A DNA stretch of 55,323 nucleotides from the NCBI GenBank assembly GCA_964610835.1, contig CAZSWK010000005.1, positions 1 to 55,323 of the forward strand, given 5' to 3'. Within the stretch, counting starts at the first letter, position 1; every line of letters starts with the position of its first letter. The stretch is from an uncultured Anaerolineaceae bacterium (lineage in GTDB: Bacteria > Chloroflexota > Limnocylindria > Limnocylindrales > CSP1-4). The translations under genes and the position numbers were made by a program. Of the stretch, positions 24,559-33,783 are shown one piece after another. The notes under the pieces are model-generated. The model had not been told where the DNA came from. It saw only the letters and a list, made by a program, of their open reading frames with translations, and searched no databases.

Positions 24559-26148
24559 ATGTTCGCGCCCGTCCGAGCGTTCGTCGCACTGTGCTCGTGT
24601 CTGCTCCTGGTGGCCTGCTCGGGTGTTGCCGGACCAACCGGTGGTCCGGTCCAGCCCCCACAGCACGGTGGCTGGACGCCACCGCCGGCTCGCGTGCCAC
24701 CGGCGCCGACATCGGCACCCTGGCCCGGCCAGAGTTGGGCGGCGCCGACCAGCGCGCCCTATCCGGGCACCAACTTCCAGGACAGCGGCGTCAACCCGTT
24801 CATCGATCCGGCCAGCGATCCCTACTCGACGTTCGCCATGGACGTTGACACAGCTTCGTACTCGGTTGCTCGCAGCTACCTGGCCGACGGCAACCTCCCC
24901 GACCGCAACAGCGTGCGTGTCGAGGAGTTCGTCAACGCCTTCGACTACGGCTACCCGGCGCCAGTCAACGACACGTTCGCGATCAGCATCGACGGCGGCC
25001 CGTCGCCCTTCGTCGGCCGGCGCGCGCTCGAGCTGCGCATCGGTATCCAGGCGCGCCTCGTCTCGAGCGAGGCACGACCGCCGGTGTCGCTCACGTTCGT
25101 CATCGACACCTCCGGATCGATGGGCATCGACAACCGGCTCGGGCTGGTCAAGGCGGCCCTCGATCTGCTCGTGTCGCGTCTCCAGCCCGACGACTCGGTA
25201 GCCATCGTTCGTTTTGGGTCTGACGCCAGCGTGGTCCTGCCGCCCACGTCGGCGGCCGAACCGCAGGTCATCGAGGACGCCATCGCACAGCTGTCACCCG
25301 GCGGCTCGACCAACGCCCAGGCGGGCCTCGAGCTTGGCTATGACCTCGCCGCCGCGGCTCGCCGCCCGCGCGCGACGGATCGCGTTGTCCTCGCGTCGGA
25401 CGGCGTGGCCAACGTCGGGCTGACCGATGCCAACTCCATCCTGGCGCGCATCGACCGCCAGGTCGACGCCGGCGTGGAGCTGGTGTCGATCGGCGTGGGC
25501 ATGGGCAATTTCAACGACGTCCTGCTCGAGCAGCTGGCCGACCGCGGCAACGGCTTCTACGCGTACATCAATGATCGGTCGGACGCGGAGCGGGTGTTCG
25601 GTTCGCAACTGACGGGGACCCTGGTCACGGTGGCGCAGGACGCGCGCGTGCAGGTCACCTTTGACCCCGCAGCCGTGTCGCGCTACCGGCTACTGGGCTA
25701 CGAGAACCGGCAGATGGCCGACTCCGACTTCAACAACCCGGCGGCGGACGCGGGCGAGGTCGGCGCCGGGCACAGCGTCACCGCGCTCTACGAGGTCGAG
25801 CCCGACTGGAACCGGGCGCCGACCCTGGGCACGGTCAGCCTGCACTGGATCGATCCCGACACGGGCGCTCGGCGCGAGCTGACGCGCACGATCGACCTGG
25901 GCAATCTCAGCGCCGACTACCGCAGCACCAGCGCCGGCTTCCACCTGGCGGCAACCGTCGCCGGCCTGGCCGAGCTGTTGCGCGACAGTCCCTACGCGAC
26001 TGAGTTCAACCTTGCTGACGTGGCATCGCAGGCCGAATCGCTGCCCACCTACTTCCCTGGCAATCGCGACGTGGCCGATTTCGCCGGCATGGCCGCGACG
26101 GCGGCACGCATCAGCCAGAACAACTCCGCCTCGAGCTGGGGCTGGTAG
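24559..26148 (+). CDS. VWA-domain lipoprotein (YfbK-like: vWF_A + VWA + DUF3520-type C-terminus)
   Basis: SD GAGGAGG; lipobox LVAC; STFAMDVDTASY, VEEFVNAF, MIDAS DTSGSM, GGSTN, SDGVANVG, YRLLGYENR, GEVGAGHSVTALYE. Confidence 0.9.
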   Translation: MFAPVRAFVALCSCLLLVACSGVAGPTGGPVQPPQHGGWTPPPARVPPAPTSAPWPGQSWAAPTSAPYPGTNFQDSGVNPFIDPASDPYSTFAMDVDTASYSVARSYLADGNLPDRNSVRVEEFVNAFDYGYPAPVNDTFAISIDGGPSPFVGRRALELRIGIQARLVSSEARPPVSLTFVIDTSGSMGIDNRLGLVKAALDLLVSRLQPDDSVAIVRFGSDASVVLPPTSAAEPQVIEDAIAQLSPGGSTNAQAGLELGYDLAAAARRPRATDRVVLASDGVANVGLTDANSILARIDRQVDAGVELVSIGVGMGNFNDVLLEQLADRGNGFYAYINDRSDAERVFGSQLTGTLVTVAQDARVQVTFDPAAVSRYRLLGYENRQMADSDFNNPAADAGEVGAGHSVTALYEVEPDWNRAPTLGTVSLHWIDPDTGARRELTRTIDLGNLSADYRSTSAGFHLAATVAGLAELLRDSPYATEFNLADVASQAESLPTYFPGNRDVADFAGMAATAARISQNNSASSWGW

Positions 26149-26576
26149 CCGCGACGGGTAGCGGCGGGTCCTGCCCGGCGGTCGCGACCTCCGCCGGGTG
26201 GCGACTGCGCTGCGCGCAAAGCCACCCTCCTGCGGCGCGGCGACCGCCGGTCACCGCCGCACGCGCCGAAATGAATGTCCCGCCACCACACTGACAGGGC
26301 GCCGCACGACTAGCCGCAAGCGGAGCGGTGGCTGACGACGATCTCCGGGAACGAGCAGTCCGGACCCGCGTCTGACCCGGAGCGATGCCGCGCCAGGTGC
26401 GGCAGTCAGCCGGAAATCGCTGCGTTGGCCGGAGAGGAGCGTGGCGCAACGACGTTTGCCGCCGATTCCGCACTGCGCACGTGTCGTGTGCCGCAGTTTG
26501 CAGCTGGCTCGTCGCGTCCGGTGTGTCACCCCGCCCAGTTAGCGCCCAGTGACCGCACCCGGTGCGGACTCGGGAC
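26146..26576. repeat. Palindromic intergenic repeat, copy B (about 115-nt insertion relative to A)
   Basis: Blocks at 26160-26175, 26385-26420 and 26539-26575 match copy A in the same order and orientation. Confidence 0.8.
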
Positions 26577-26615
26577 CGAACGTCTGGCCGCGAGGCGTCA
26601 CGCGACGAATGGCCC

Positions 26616-26673
26616 TTGACAGGCCTGATACCCACCATATCTACTAAGTCCGGTAACTTAGTGGAATTAGTAG
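26616..26673 (+). promoter_or_regulatory. Promoter -35 and candidate repressor operator upstream of the ABC importer
   Basis: TTGACA 26616-26621; ACTAAGT-N6-ACTTAGT inverted repeat (26643-26662) nested in CTACTAA-N19-TTAGTAG; AT-rich island in GC-rich DNA; -10 not clean. Confidence 0.7.
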
Positions 26674-26688
26674 CGAAGTGGTGGCGAA

Positions 26689-27720
26689 ATGGCGCGCGCG
26701 TGGTGGCCCGGTCTAGCGGCGGTGGTCGTGGCGATGGTTGTCGGCTGCAGCGCGGCTGCGGCCCCGACGTCGGCACCGGTGGTGACGCACCTGGGTTACT
26801 TCCCCAACATCACCCATGCAGCGGCGATCGTCGGCGTGGAGAAGGGCTACTTCGCAGATGCCCAGCAGGGCATGTCGGATATCGAGACGCTGACGTTCAA
26901 CGCCGGCCCCGACGCGGTGACCGCGATCCTGGCCGGCAGCCTTGATGCCAGCTTTGTCGGGCCCAACCCGGCCGTCAATGCCTTCGTCAAATCGCGCGGC
27001 GAGGCAATCCGCATAGTGTCCGGCGCGACTTCCGGCGGCGCCTTTTTCGTCGTTCGCGACGGCATCAATTGCGTCGAGGACCTCAAGGGCAAGAAGATCG
27101 CCACGCCGCAGCTGGGCAATACCCAGGACGTGGCGCTGCGCGCCTGGCTGAGCGCCAACGGGTTGACCGCCGACGCTCAGGGCGGCGGCGATGTCTCCAT
27201 CGTGCCGCAGTCCAACTCGCAGACGCTGCAGACGTTCCAGTCCGGCGAGATCGACGGCGCGTGGGTGCCCGAGCCGTGGGCCACGCGCATGATCACCGAG
27301 GGTGGCGCGCACGTGCTCGTCGACGAGCGTGACCTGTGGCCGGACGGCCAGTACGTGACCACCTTGCTGATGGTCCGCACCGATTTCCTGGCTCAGCACC
27401 GCGACGTGGTCAAGCACCTCATCGAGGGCCTGCTGAAGGCAACCGACTACGTCAACGATCAGCCGGCCGACGCGCAGGTCACGGTCGGCACTCAGTTGAC
27501 GCAGCTCACGGGCACGTTGCTGCCGGGCGGCGTCCTCGGAAGCGCATGGGGCAACCTGACCTTCACCATGGACCCGATCGCCGCGTCGCTCCAGACGTCG
27601 GCCGACGAGGCCCAGGCGCTTGGCTTTCTCGACTCGTCTGACCTGACCGGCATCTTCGATCTGTCGGTGCTCAACGAGGTATTGAGCGAGGCCGGCCGGC
27701 CCACGGTGGCGCTGCCGTGA
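26689..27720 (+). CDS. ABC substrate-binding lipoprotein, SsuA/TauA/NMT1 family
   Basis: Lipobox VVGC; LGYFPNITHA, FNAGP, GPNPAVN, TPQLGNTQDVALR, WVPEPWA. Confidence 0.88.
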   Translation: MARAWWPGLAAVVVAMVVGCSAAAAPTSAPVVTHLGYFPNITHAAAIVGVEKGYFADAQQGMSDIETLTFNAGPDAVTAILAGSLDASFVGPNPAVNAFVKSRGEAIRIVSGATSGGAFFVVRDGINCVEDLKGKKIATPQLGNTQDVALRAWLSANGLTADAQGGGDVSIVPQSNSQTLQTFQSGEIDGAWVPEPWATRMITEGGAHVLVDERDLWPDGQYVTTLLMVRTDFLAQHRDVVKHLIEGLLKATDYVNDQPADAQVTVGTQLTQLTGTLLPGGVLGSAWGNLTFTMDPIAASLQTSADEAQALGFLDSSDLTGIFDLSVLNEVLSEAGRPTVALP

Positions 27721-28514
27721 GCGCGGTCGCCCTTCCGCGGCCGTCAGGTAACGCCGAGCCGCTCGTCGCGGACACCGTGTTGTCCGTACGCGACGTGCGG
27801 AAGTCCTACGGCCCGGCCGGCAACAACGTGCTGGCACTCGATGGCATCTCGCTGGACGTGTCTCGCGGCGAGTTCGTGTGCCTGGTCGGCGCGTCCGGCT
27901 GTGGCAAGACGACGCTGCTCAACCTGGTCAGCGGCCTCGACGGACAGACGCGCGGTGAGATCGCGATCAACGGCCGCACGACGCTGCTCTTCCAGGAAGC
28001 CGCGCTCTTTCCGTGGCTCACCGCCGCCGCGAACATCGAGCTGCCGCTTACTCTCGCCAGGGCGCCGAAGAGCGAGCGCCGCGCCGAGGTGGAGCAGCTG
28101 CTCCGGCTGGTGCACCTCGACGGCTTCGGCGACAAGCGCCCGCACGAGCTCTCGGGCGGCATGCGTCAACGCGTGGCCCTTGCGCGTGCCTTCGCGCAGC
28201 ACGCCGACGTGCTGCTCATGGACGAGCCGTTCGGGGCCCTCGACGCCATGACGCGCGACCTGCTCCACGACGAGCTCGAGCGGATCTGGCGCGAAACACG
28301 CGTGACCATCGTCTTCGTCACCCACAACGTGCGCGAGGCGGTGCGCCTGGGCGACCGCATCGTCGTGCTCACCAGCCGGCCGGGCAGGGTAGCCGGGGAG
28401 TTCCGGGTGGACCTGCCGCGGCCACGGAACATCTCGGGGCCTGACGTGGCCGAGCTGGCCTACACAGTCACCGAGCGGCTGCGCGAGGAAGTCAGGCGGC
28501 ACGCCGATGGCTGA
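27717..28514 (+). CDS. ABC ATP-binding protein (SsuB/TauB-like)
   Basis: GASGCGKT, LSGGM, LMDEPFGALD, VTH. Confidence 0.93.
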   Translation: MSAVALPRPSGNAEPLVADTVLSVRDVRKSYGPAGNNVLALDGISLDVSRGEFVCLVGASGCGKTTLLNLVSGLDGQTRGEIAINGRTTLLFQEAALFPWLTAAANIELPLTLARAPKSERRAEVEQLLRLVHLDGFGDKRPHELSGGMRQRVALARAFAQHADVLLMDEPFGALDAMTRDLLHDELERIWRETRVTIVFVTHNVREAVRLGDRIVVLTSRPGRVAGEFRVDLPRPRNISGPDVAELAYTVTERLREEVRRHADG

Positions 28515-29382
28515 CATCGCGCGCCTGCCCGGGCGGCGGCTCGAAGACGAGCTGCGCGGTCTCGACGCACTCGACCTGCCGCTCCGCCCCGCGGCCGATC
28601 GGCTGCGCTCGATCTGGTCCGGCCTGTGGCCCAAGCTGGCCGCGGTTGGCATCGTGCTGCTCATCTGGCAGCTCGCGGTCTGGGCGAAGTTCCGGCCCGA
28701 CTACATCCTTCCCGGGCCGCTGACGGTCTTCGGCCAGTTCGGCGACCAGGTCTTCGTCAGGGACCTGCCCGACGCGACGCTGATCACGCTGCAGCGCGCT
28801 GCTCTCGGCTTTGGCCTGGCGCTCGCCATCGGCTCGCTGCTCGGCCTGGCGATCGTCCGTTCGCGCCTGCTGCGCACGGCCGTCGCCTCGCTGATCACCG
28901 GGCTGCAGACCATGCCCTCGATCGCCTGGTTCCCGCTGGCGATCCTCATCTTCGGCCTCAACGAGGCGGCCATCCTGTTTGTGGTGATCCTGGGCGCTGC
29001 GCCGTCGATCGCCAACGGCCTGATTGCCGGCGTCGACCAGATCCCGCGCATCCTGCTGCGCGCCGGCCAGGTGATGGGTGCGCACGGCCTCGCGCGCTAC
29101 CGCCATGTCGTCATGCCGGCGGCCCTGCCCGCGTTCGTGGGCGGGCTCAAGCAGGGTTGGGCGTTCGCCTGGCGCAGCCTGATGGCCGGTGAACTGCTGG
29201 TCATCATCGCCAACCAACCGTCGATCGGGGTGAAGCTGAACTACGCTCGCGAGATGTCAAATGCGCCCGCGCTGCTGGCGACGATGATCGTCATTCTGTT
29301 CGTCGGCATCGTGGTCGACCTGGTCTTCTTCGGGACGCTCGACCGGGCCATCCGGCGGCGCTGGGGGCTGATCGAAGGCTGA
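28507..29382 (+). CDS. ABC permease (SsuC/TauC-like)
   Basis: LQTMPSIAWFPL, GLKQGWAFAWRSLMAGE. Confidence 0.92.
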   Translation: MADIARLPGRRLEDELRGLDALDLPLRPAADRLRSIWSGLWPKLAAVGIVLLIWQLAVWAKFRPDYILPGPLTVFGQFGDQVFVRDLPDATLITLQRAALGFGLALAIGSLLGLAIVRSRLLRTAVASLITGLQTMPSIAWFPLAILIFGLNEAAILFVVILGAAPSIANGLIAGVDQIPRILLRAGQVMGAHGLARYRHVVMPAALPAFVGGLKQGWAFAWRSLMAGELLVIIANQPSIGVKLNYAREMSNAPALLATMIVILFVGIVVDLVFFGTLDRAIRRRWGLIEG

Positions 29383-29871
29383 TCAGGTCGTGCGGCCGGC
29401 GCCCCGAACGCGGCTGAGCGAGGTCCATGCCTCGGGGTCGGCCGTCAACCGCCGCACTGCGTCGGGCAGCGTGTCGTCGACCAGGTCCTGCAGGCTGGTC
29501 CCTTCGAGCACCTCGCGCAGGCTCGCGCGCACGGCTACCCAGACATCGCGCAAGGCCTGCGCGGCGCCCACGTACTCGACGTTCTCGACGCGCTCGCCGC
29601 GAACGTACGCGAGCGGGCCGTCGACGGCACGGATGACGTCGGCCACGCTGATGTCAGTCGCGGGCCGCGCCAACGCATAACCTCCCTCGGCACCGCGCGT
29701 GCTCTTGACGATGCCCGTGTGCTTGAGGTCGAGCATGATCGTCTCGAGGAACTTGGAGGGAATGCTCTGCGCGTCGGAGATCTGGTCGCGCTTGAGCGGC
29801 CGGCCGTCGGGTGAGGCAGCCAGCTCGGCGGCTGCGCGGACGGCGTAGTCGGCCTTGGCGGAGACGCGCAT
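29383..29871 (-). CDS. Rrf2 family transcriptional regulator, Cys-free (CymR-like)
   Basis: MRVSAKADYAVRA, FLETI, STRGAEGGYALARPA, VIRAVDGPL; no Cys in the protein; start placed at ATG 29871. Confidence 0.92.
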   Translation of the reverse strand: MRVSAKADYAVRAAAELAASPDGRPLKRDQISDAQSIPSKFLETIMLDLKHTGIVKSTRGAEGGYALARPATDISVADVIRAVDGPLAYVRGERVENVEYVGAAQALRDVWVAVRASLREVLEGTSLQDLVDDTLPDAVRRLTADPEAWTSLSRVRGAGRTT

Positions 29872-29983
29872 GGGCTCATTGTCGGTTATCGGCAGCGCCC
29901 GTTTTGACGAGTTGTCACCCGATCGATAGTCCGCGTGAAATCTCTTGATCAGTCGTGCACGAGACGCGAGCGAAAGTGGCGTC

Positions 29984-31120
29984 ATGGACGACAAGGCAAC
30001 CTCCCGCCGACGGCCGCGCGGCATATTCGCGGTGACAGTATTCAGCGTGCTTGCTCTGGCCGCAGCGGCGTGCGGTAGCGGTGCGAGCGCCACGCCAACG
30101 CCGACCGCGCCGCTCGTCAGCTCCGCCTCGCCGCTTGCCTCGAGTGCGCCTGTTGCGTCGACCGCACCGCCGCCGTCATCGTCGCCCATGCTCAGCCCGT
30201 CGCCGGCCACGACGGCGTACCCGGATCCGTTCGCCAGCGTGGTCGATATCGTCAACAACGTCCAGCCGTCGGTCGTCACCGTGCTGGTCGACAACGGGCT
30301 GGGCAGCGGCATCATCTACGACAGCAACGGCGACATCGTGACCAACAATCACGTGGTTGCCGGCAGCCTGCACTACACCGTCGCGCTCACCACCGGCGCG
30401 CGGCTCACGGCTACTCTCGTCGGCACCGACCCGCAGACCGACATTGCCGTCCTGCATGTCAACCGCACCGGCTTGCCCGCGGCGACGTTTGCGACCAGCC
30501 TGCCGCCGGTTGGTTCACTCGCCGTGGCCATCGGCAGCCCGCTTGGCTTCCAGGAAACCGTCACCGCCGGCGTCATCTCCGGGGTCGGGCGCGAGATCCC
30601 CGGGTCGGCCTCGCAGGGCACGCCGCTGGTCGACCTCATCCAGACCGACGCGGCCATCTCGCCCGGCAATTCGGGCGGGGCGCTGGTCGACGCGGCCGAG
30701 AAGGTCGTGGGCATGAACGAGGCCTATATTCCGCCCAGTACCGGGGCCGTATCGCTCGGCTTCGCCATTCCGGCGTCGACGGTCACCAGCGTCGCCGACG
30801 AGCTGATCGCCGGCCAGCCGGTCCAGCACACGTACCTGGGCATTCGCTACGGCGCGGTAACGACGCAGGTGGCCCAGCAGTACGGCCTGGCGGTTGATCA
30901 CGGCCTGTACGTGGTCGACGTCTCGTCCGGTAGCCCGGCGGCCGCGGCGGGCCTCATGCCGGGAGACGTGATCGTGCAGGTCGACGGCCAGTCGATGTAC
31001 CAGGTGGAAGACCTGCTCACCCTGCTCCGTCAGCACACTGCCGGGGACACGATCTCGGTTACGATCGTGCGCAACGGCAAGCAAGAGACGCTCAGCGTGA
31101 CGCTCGGCGAGCACGCCTAG
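29984..31120 (+). CDS. HtrA/DegP-like S1C serine protease with one PDZ domain (probable lipoprotein)
   Basis: TNNHVV, DIAVL, GNSGG triad; LAAAAC lipobox-like; C-terminal PDZ (SPAAAAGL..GDVI). Confidence 0.92.
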   Translation: MDDKATSRRRPRGIFAVTVFSVLALAAAACGSGASATPTPTAPLVSSASPLASSAPVASTAPPPSSSPMLSPSPATTAYPDPFASVVDIVNNVQPSVVTVLVDNGLGSGIIYDSNGDIVTNNHVVAGSLHYTVALTTGARLTATLVGTDPQTDIAVLHVNRTGLPAATFATSLPPVGSLAVAIGSPLGFQETVTAGVISGVGREIPGSASQGTPLVDLIQTDAAISPGNSGGALVDAAEKVVGMNEAYIPPSTGAVSLGFAIPASTVTSVADELIAGQPVQHTYLGIRYGAVTTQVAQQYGLAVDHGLYVVDVSSGSPAAAAGLMPGDVIVQVDGQSMYQVEDLLTLLRQHTAGDTISVTIVRNGKQETLSVTLGEHA

Positions 31121-31177
31121 ACCCGCCGATCGAGGACTCCGGCGGCGGCTCCGATGGTCCGCCGCTAACATCGCCGG

Positions 31178-32119
31178 GTGCCCGATCCCTACGGCGACCA
31201 GCCGCTCATCCATGCCCGCCAGCTGACCAAGCGCTTCGGCACGTTCACGGCCGTCGACGCCGTCGACTTCGACGTGGCGCGCGGCGAGTCGTTCGGCTTC
31301 CTGGGGCCGAACGGGGCCGGCAAGACCTCGACGATGCGCATGATCGGCTGCACCTCGCCGGTGACCGATGGCGCGCTCGACGTGCTGGGCATGGACCCAC
31401 GTCACGATGGAGCGCGCATCCGCTCGCGGCTCGGCGTCGTGCCCCAGGAGGACACGCTCGACAACGAGCTGACGGTGCGCGAGAACCTGCTCATCTACGG
31501 GCGCTACTTCGGGCTGTCGCGGGCTGAGTGCGGTAAGCGAGCGGACGAACTGCTCGAGTTCGTCCAGCTGACCGATCGCGGCCGCGACCTGGTCGAGCCC
31601 CTGTCCGGTGGCATGAAGCGGCGCCTGACCATCGCCCGCTCGCTGATCAACGAGCCCGACCTGATGCTCCTCGACGAGCCGACCACCGGCCTCGATCCGC
31701 AGGCGCGCCACCTGCTCTGGGACCGCCTCTACCGCCTGAAGCAGCGTGGCGTGACACTGGTGCTCACCACGCACTACATGGACGAGGCGGAGCAGCTGTG
31801 TGACCGGCTGGTGGTCATGGACAAGGCGCGCATCGTGGCCGAGGGCACGCCGCTCGAGCTCATCGCGCAGTACTCGTCGCGCGAGGTGGCGGAGTTGCGC
31901 TTCCCGCCCGGCGTCCAGGACACGCTCGACGGCAGCTTCGACGGGCTGGCCGATCGCGTTGAATGGCTGCCCGATCGCGTCCTGCTCTACGCCGAAGATG
32001 GTGACCGCGTGGTGGCGGCCTCACGCGACCGGGGCCTCCAGCCGCTGACCGTGCTCGTGCGCCGTTCGACTCTCGAGGATGTCTTCCTGCGTCTGACCGG
32101 TCGCTCGCTGATCGAGTAG
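31178..32119 (+). CDS. ABC-2 exporter ATP-binding protein (NodI/DrrA-like)
   Basis: GPNGAGKT, LSGGMKRR, LDEPTTGLDP, TTHYM. Confidence 0.93.
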   Translation: MPDPYGDQPLIHARQLTKRFGTFTAVDAVDFDVARGESFGFLGPNGAGKTSTMRMIGCTSPVTDGALDVLGMDPRHDGARIRSRLGVVPQEDTLDNELTVRENLLIYGRYFGLSRAECGKRADELLEFVQLTDRGRDLVEPLSGGMKRRLTIARSLINEPDLMLLDEPTTGLDPQARHLLWDRLYRLKQRGVTLVLTTHYMDEAEQLCDRLVVMDKARIVAEGTPLELIAQYSSREVAELRFPPGVQDTLDGSFDGLADRVEWLPDRVLLYAEDGDRVVAASRDRGLQPLTVLVRRSTLEDVFLRLTGRSLIE

Positions 32120-32128
32120 GGACGGCCA

Positions 32129-32968
32129 GTGGCAACGCTCGCTCGTGAACGACTGCTGCCGGTGCCGCCGGCCGCAGAGGCGCCCACCTGGTGGACCATG
32201 GCGCGCGTTCTCGAGCATCGCGCCCTGCAGTACCGGCGAACCTTTCGCGCCTCGATCTTCGGCTCGTTCGTGACCCCGGCCCTATTCCTGACGGCCATGG
32301 GCGTGGGCCTGGGCGCGTATGTCAACCAGGGTGCGACTGCCGCGCTGGGCGGCGCAAGCTACCTCCAGTTCCTGGCGCCGGGGCTGCTGGCCGCGTCGCT
32401 GATGCAGACCGCGTCCTTCGAGTCGATGTTCCCGATCCTGGGCGGGCTGCAGTGGAACCGCATTTTCCACGCCATGTACGCGACGCCCATTCGGCCGCGC
32501 GACATCGCGTTCGGCAACATCGCGTGGATCGTGCTGCGCCTGACGCTCGTGGGCACGGTGTTCGCCGCGGTCATCGTGGCCTTCGGCGCCGCCACCTCGC
32601 CGTTGATCGTGCTGGCCGTGCCTGCGGCCGTGCTGACCGGCATGGCCTTCTCGACACCCATCATCGCGTTCTCCGCGACCCAGCGGCGGCCGGACACGTT
32701 TTCGAGCATCTTCCGCTTCGGCATCACGCCGCTGTTCCTGTTCAGCGGCACGTTCTTCCCGATCTCCAACCTGCCGCCCATCATCCAGCCCATCGCCTGG
32801 CTCTCGCCGTTGTGGCATGGGGTTGACCTGTGCCGCGCGTTGATGCTCGGGACGATTGGCGCCGATCCACTGCTGGCGCTCATCCACGTGGCGGTGCTGT
32901 CGACGATCGCCGTCGTCGGCGCGCGGGTGGCGGTACACACGATGACCGCGCGGCTGGTGCGCGGATGA
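32129..32968 (+). CDS. ABC-2 permease (NodJ-like)
   Basis: YLQFLAPGL, YATPI, LFLFSGTFFP, PLWHG. Confidence 0.9.
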   Translation: MATLARERLLPVPPAAEAPTWWTMARVLEHRALQYRRTFRASIFGSFVTPALFLTAMGVGLGAYVNQGATAALGGASYLQFLAPGLLAASLMQTASFESMFPILGGLQWNRIFHAMYATPIRPRDIAFGNIAWIVLRLTLVGTVFAAVIVAFGAATSPLIVLAVPAAVLTGMAFSTPIIAFSATQRRPDTFSSIFRFGITPLFLFSGTFFPISNLPPIIQPIAWLSPLWHGVDLCRALMLGTIGADPLLALIHVAVLSTIAVVGARVAVHTMTARLVRG

Positions 32969-32991
32969 CCGTCCGGGTGCGCGGATGACCG
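32956..32991 (+). repeat. Tandem duplication (16-nt identity, 20-nt period) at the permease-permease junction
   Basis: GGTGCGCGGATGACCG at 32956-32971 and 32976-32991. Confidence 0.85.
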
Positions 32992-33779
32992 CCCTACGTC
33001 TGACGCCGATCCTGATCGGCAGCCGCTGGCCGCGCATGGTCGAACGCAACCTGCTCGTCTACAAGCACGGCTGGCTGGTGCTCTTCTCGGGCTTCTTCGA
33101 GCCGCTCTTCTACCTGCTGGGCATCGGCTTTGGCCTCGGCCAGATGGTCGGCACCGTGCCCGGGCCCGATGGCAACCCCATCTCGTACGCGCTGTTCATC
33201 GCGCCGGCCCTGCTCGCCGCCTCGTCGATGAACGGCGCCATCACCGAGAGCACCTTCAACTTCTTCTTCAAGCTGAACTACGACAAGACGTTCGCCTCGA
33301 TCCTGACCACGCCCATGTCGCCGGCCGACATCTCGATCGGCGAGCTGGTCTGGGCGCTCATCCGCGGCCTGCTGTACGTGATCGGCTTCCTGGTCGTCAT
33401 CGTCATGCTCGGCCTGGTCCGCTCGCCGCTGGTCATCCTGACCGTCCCGGGCGCGTTGCTGATCGGTTTTGCCTTCGCCTCGGTGGGCATGGCTGCGACC
33501 TCGTTCATGCGCACCTGGCAGGATTTCGACCTGATCCAGCTGGTGGTGCTGCCCATGTTCCTGTTCAGCGGCACCTTCTTCCCGCTCGAGCGCTACCCGG
33601 ACGCGGTGCGTTTGCTGGTCGAATTCACCCCCCTGTACCAGGGCGTCGATCTGTTGCGCGGCCTGTCACTGGGCATCGTCGGCCCGGCGACGCTGGTCCA
33701 CATCGCCTACCTGACGATCATGGGCATCGCCGGCCTGGCAGTCGTCTCGCGCCGCCTCGATCGCCTGCTGCTGCGCTGA
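32985..33779 (+). CDS. ABC-2 permease (NodJ-like), second subunit
   Basis: FFEPLFYL, FIAPAL, LPMFLFSGTFFP. Confidence 0.9.
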   Translation: MTALRLTPILIGSRWPRMVERNLLVYKHGWLVLFSGFFEPLFYLLGIGFGLGQMVGTVPGPDGNPISYALFIAPALLAASSMNGAITESTFNFFFKLNYDKTFASILTTPMSPADISIGELVWALIRGLLYVIGFLVVIVMLGLVRSPLVILTVPGALLIGFAFASVGMAATSFMRTWQDFDLIQLVVLPMFLFSGTFFPLERYPDAVRLLVEFTPLYQGVDLLRGLSLGIVGPATLVHIAYLTIMGIAGLAVVSRRLDRLLLR

Positions 33780-33783
33780 CTCA

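Noticed and set aside
29872-30315. N-terminal extension of the Rrf2 ORF to 30315
   Set aside because: It overlaps the HtrA gene antisense; the family N-terminus is MRVSAKADY at 29871.
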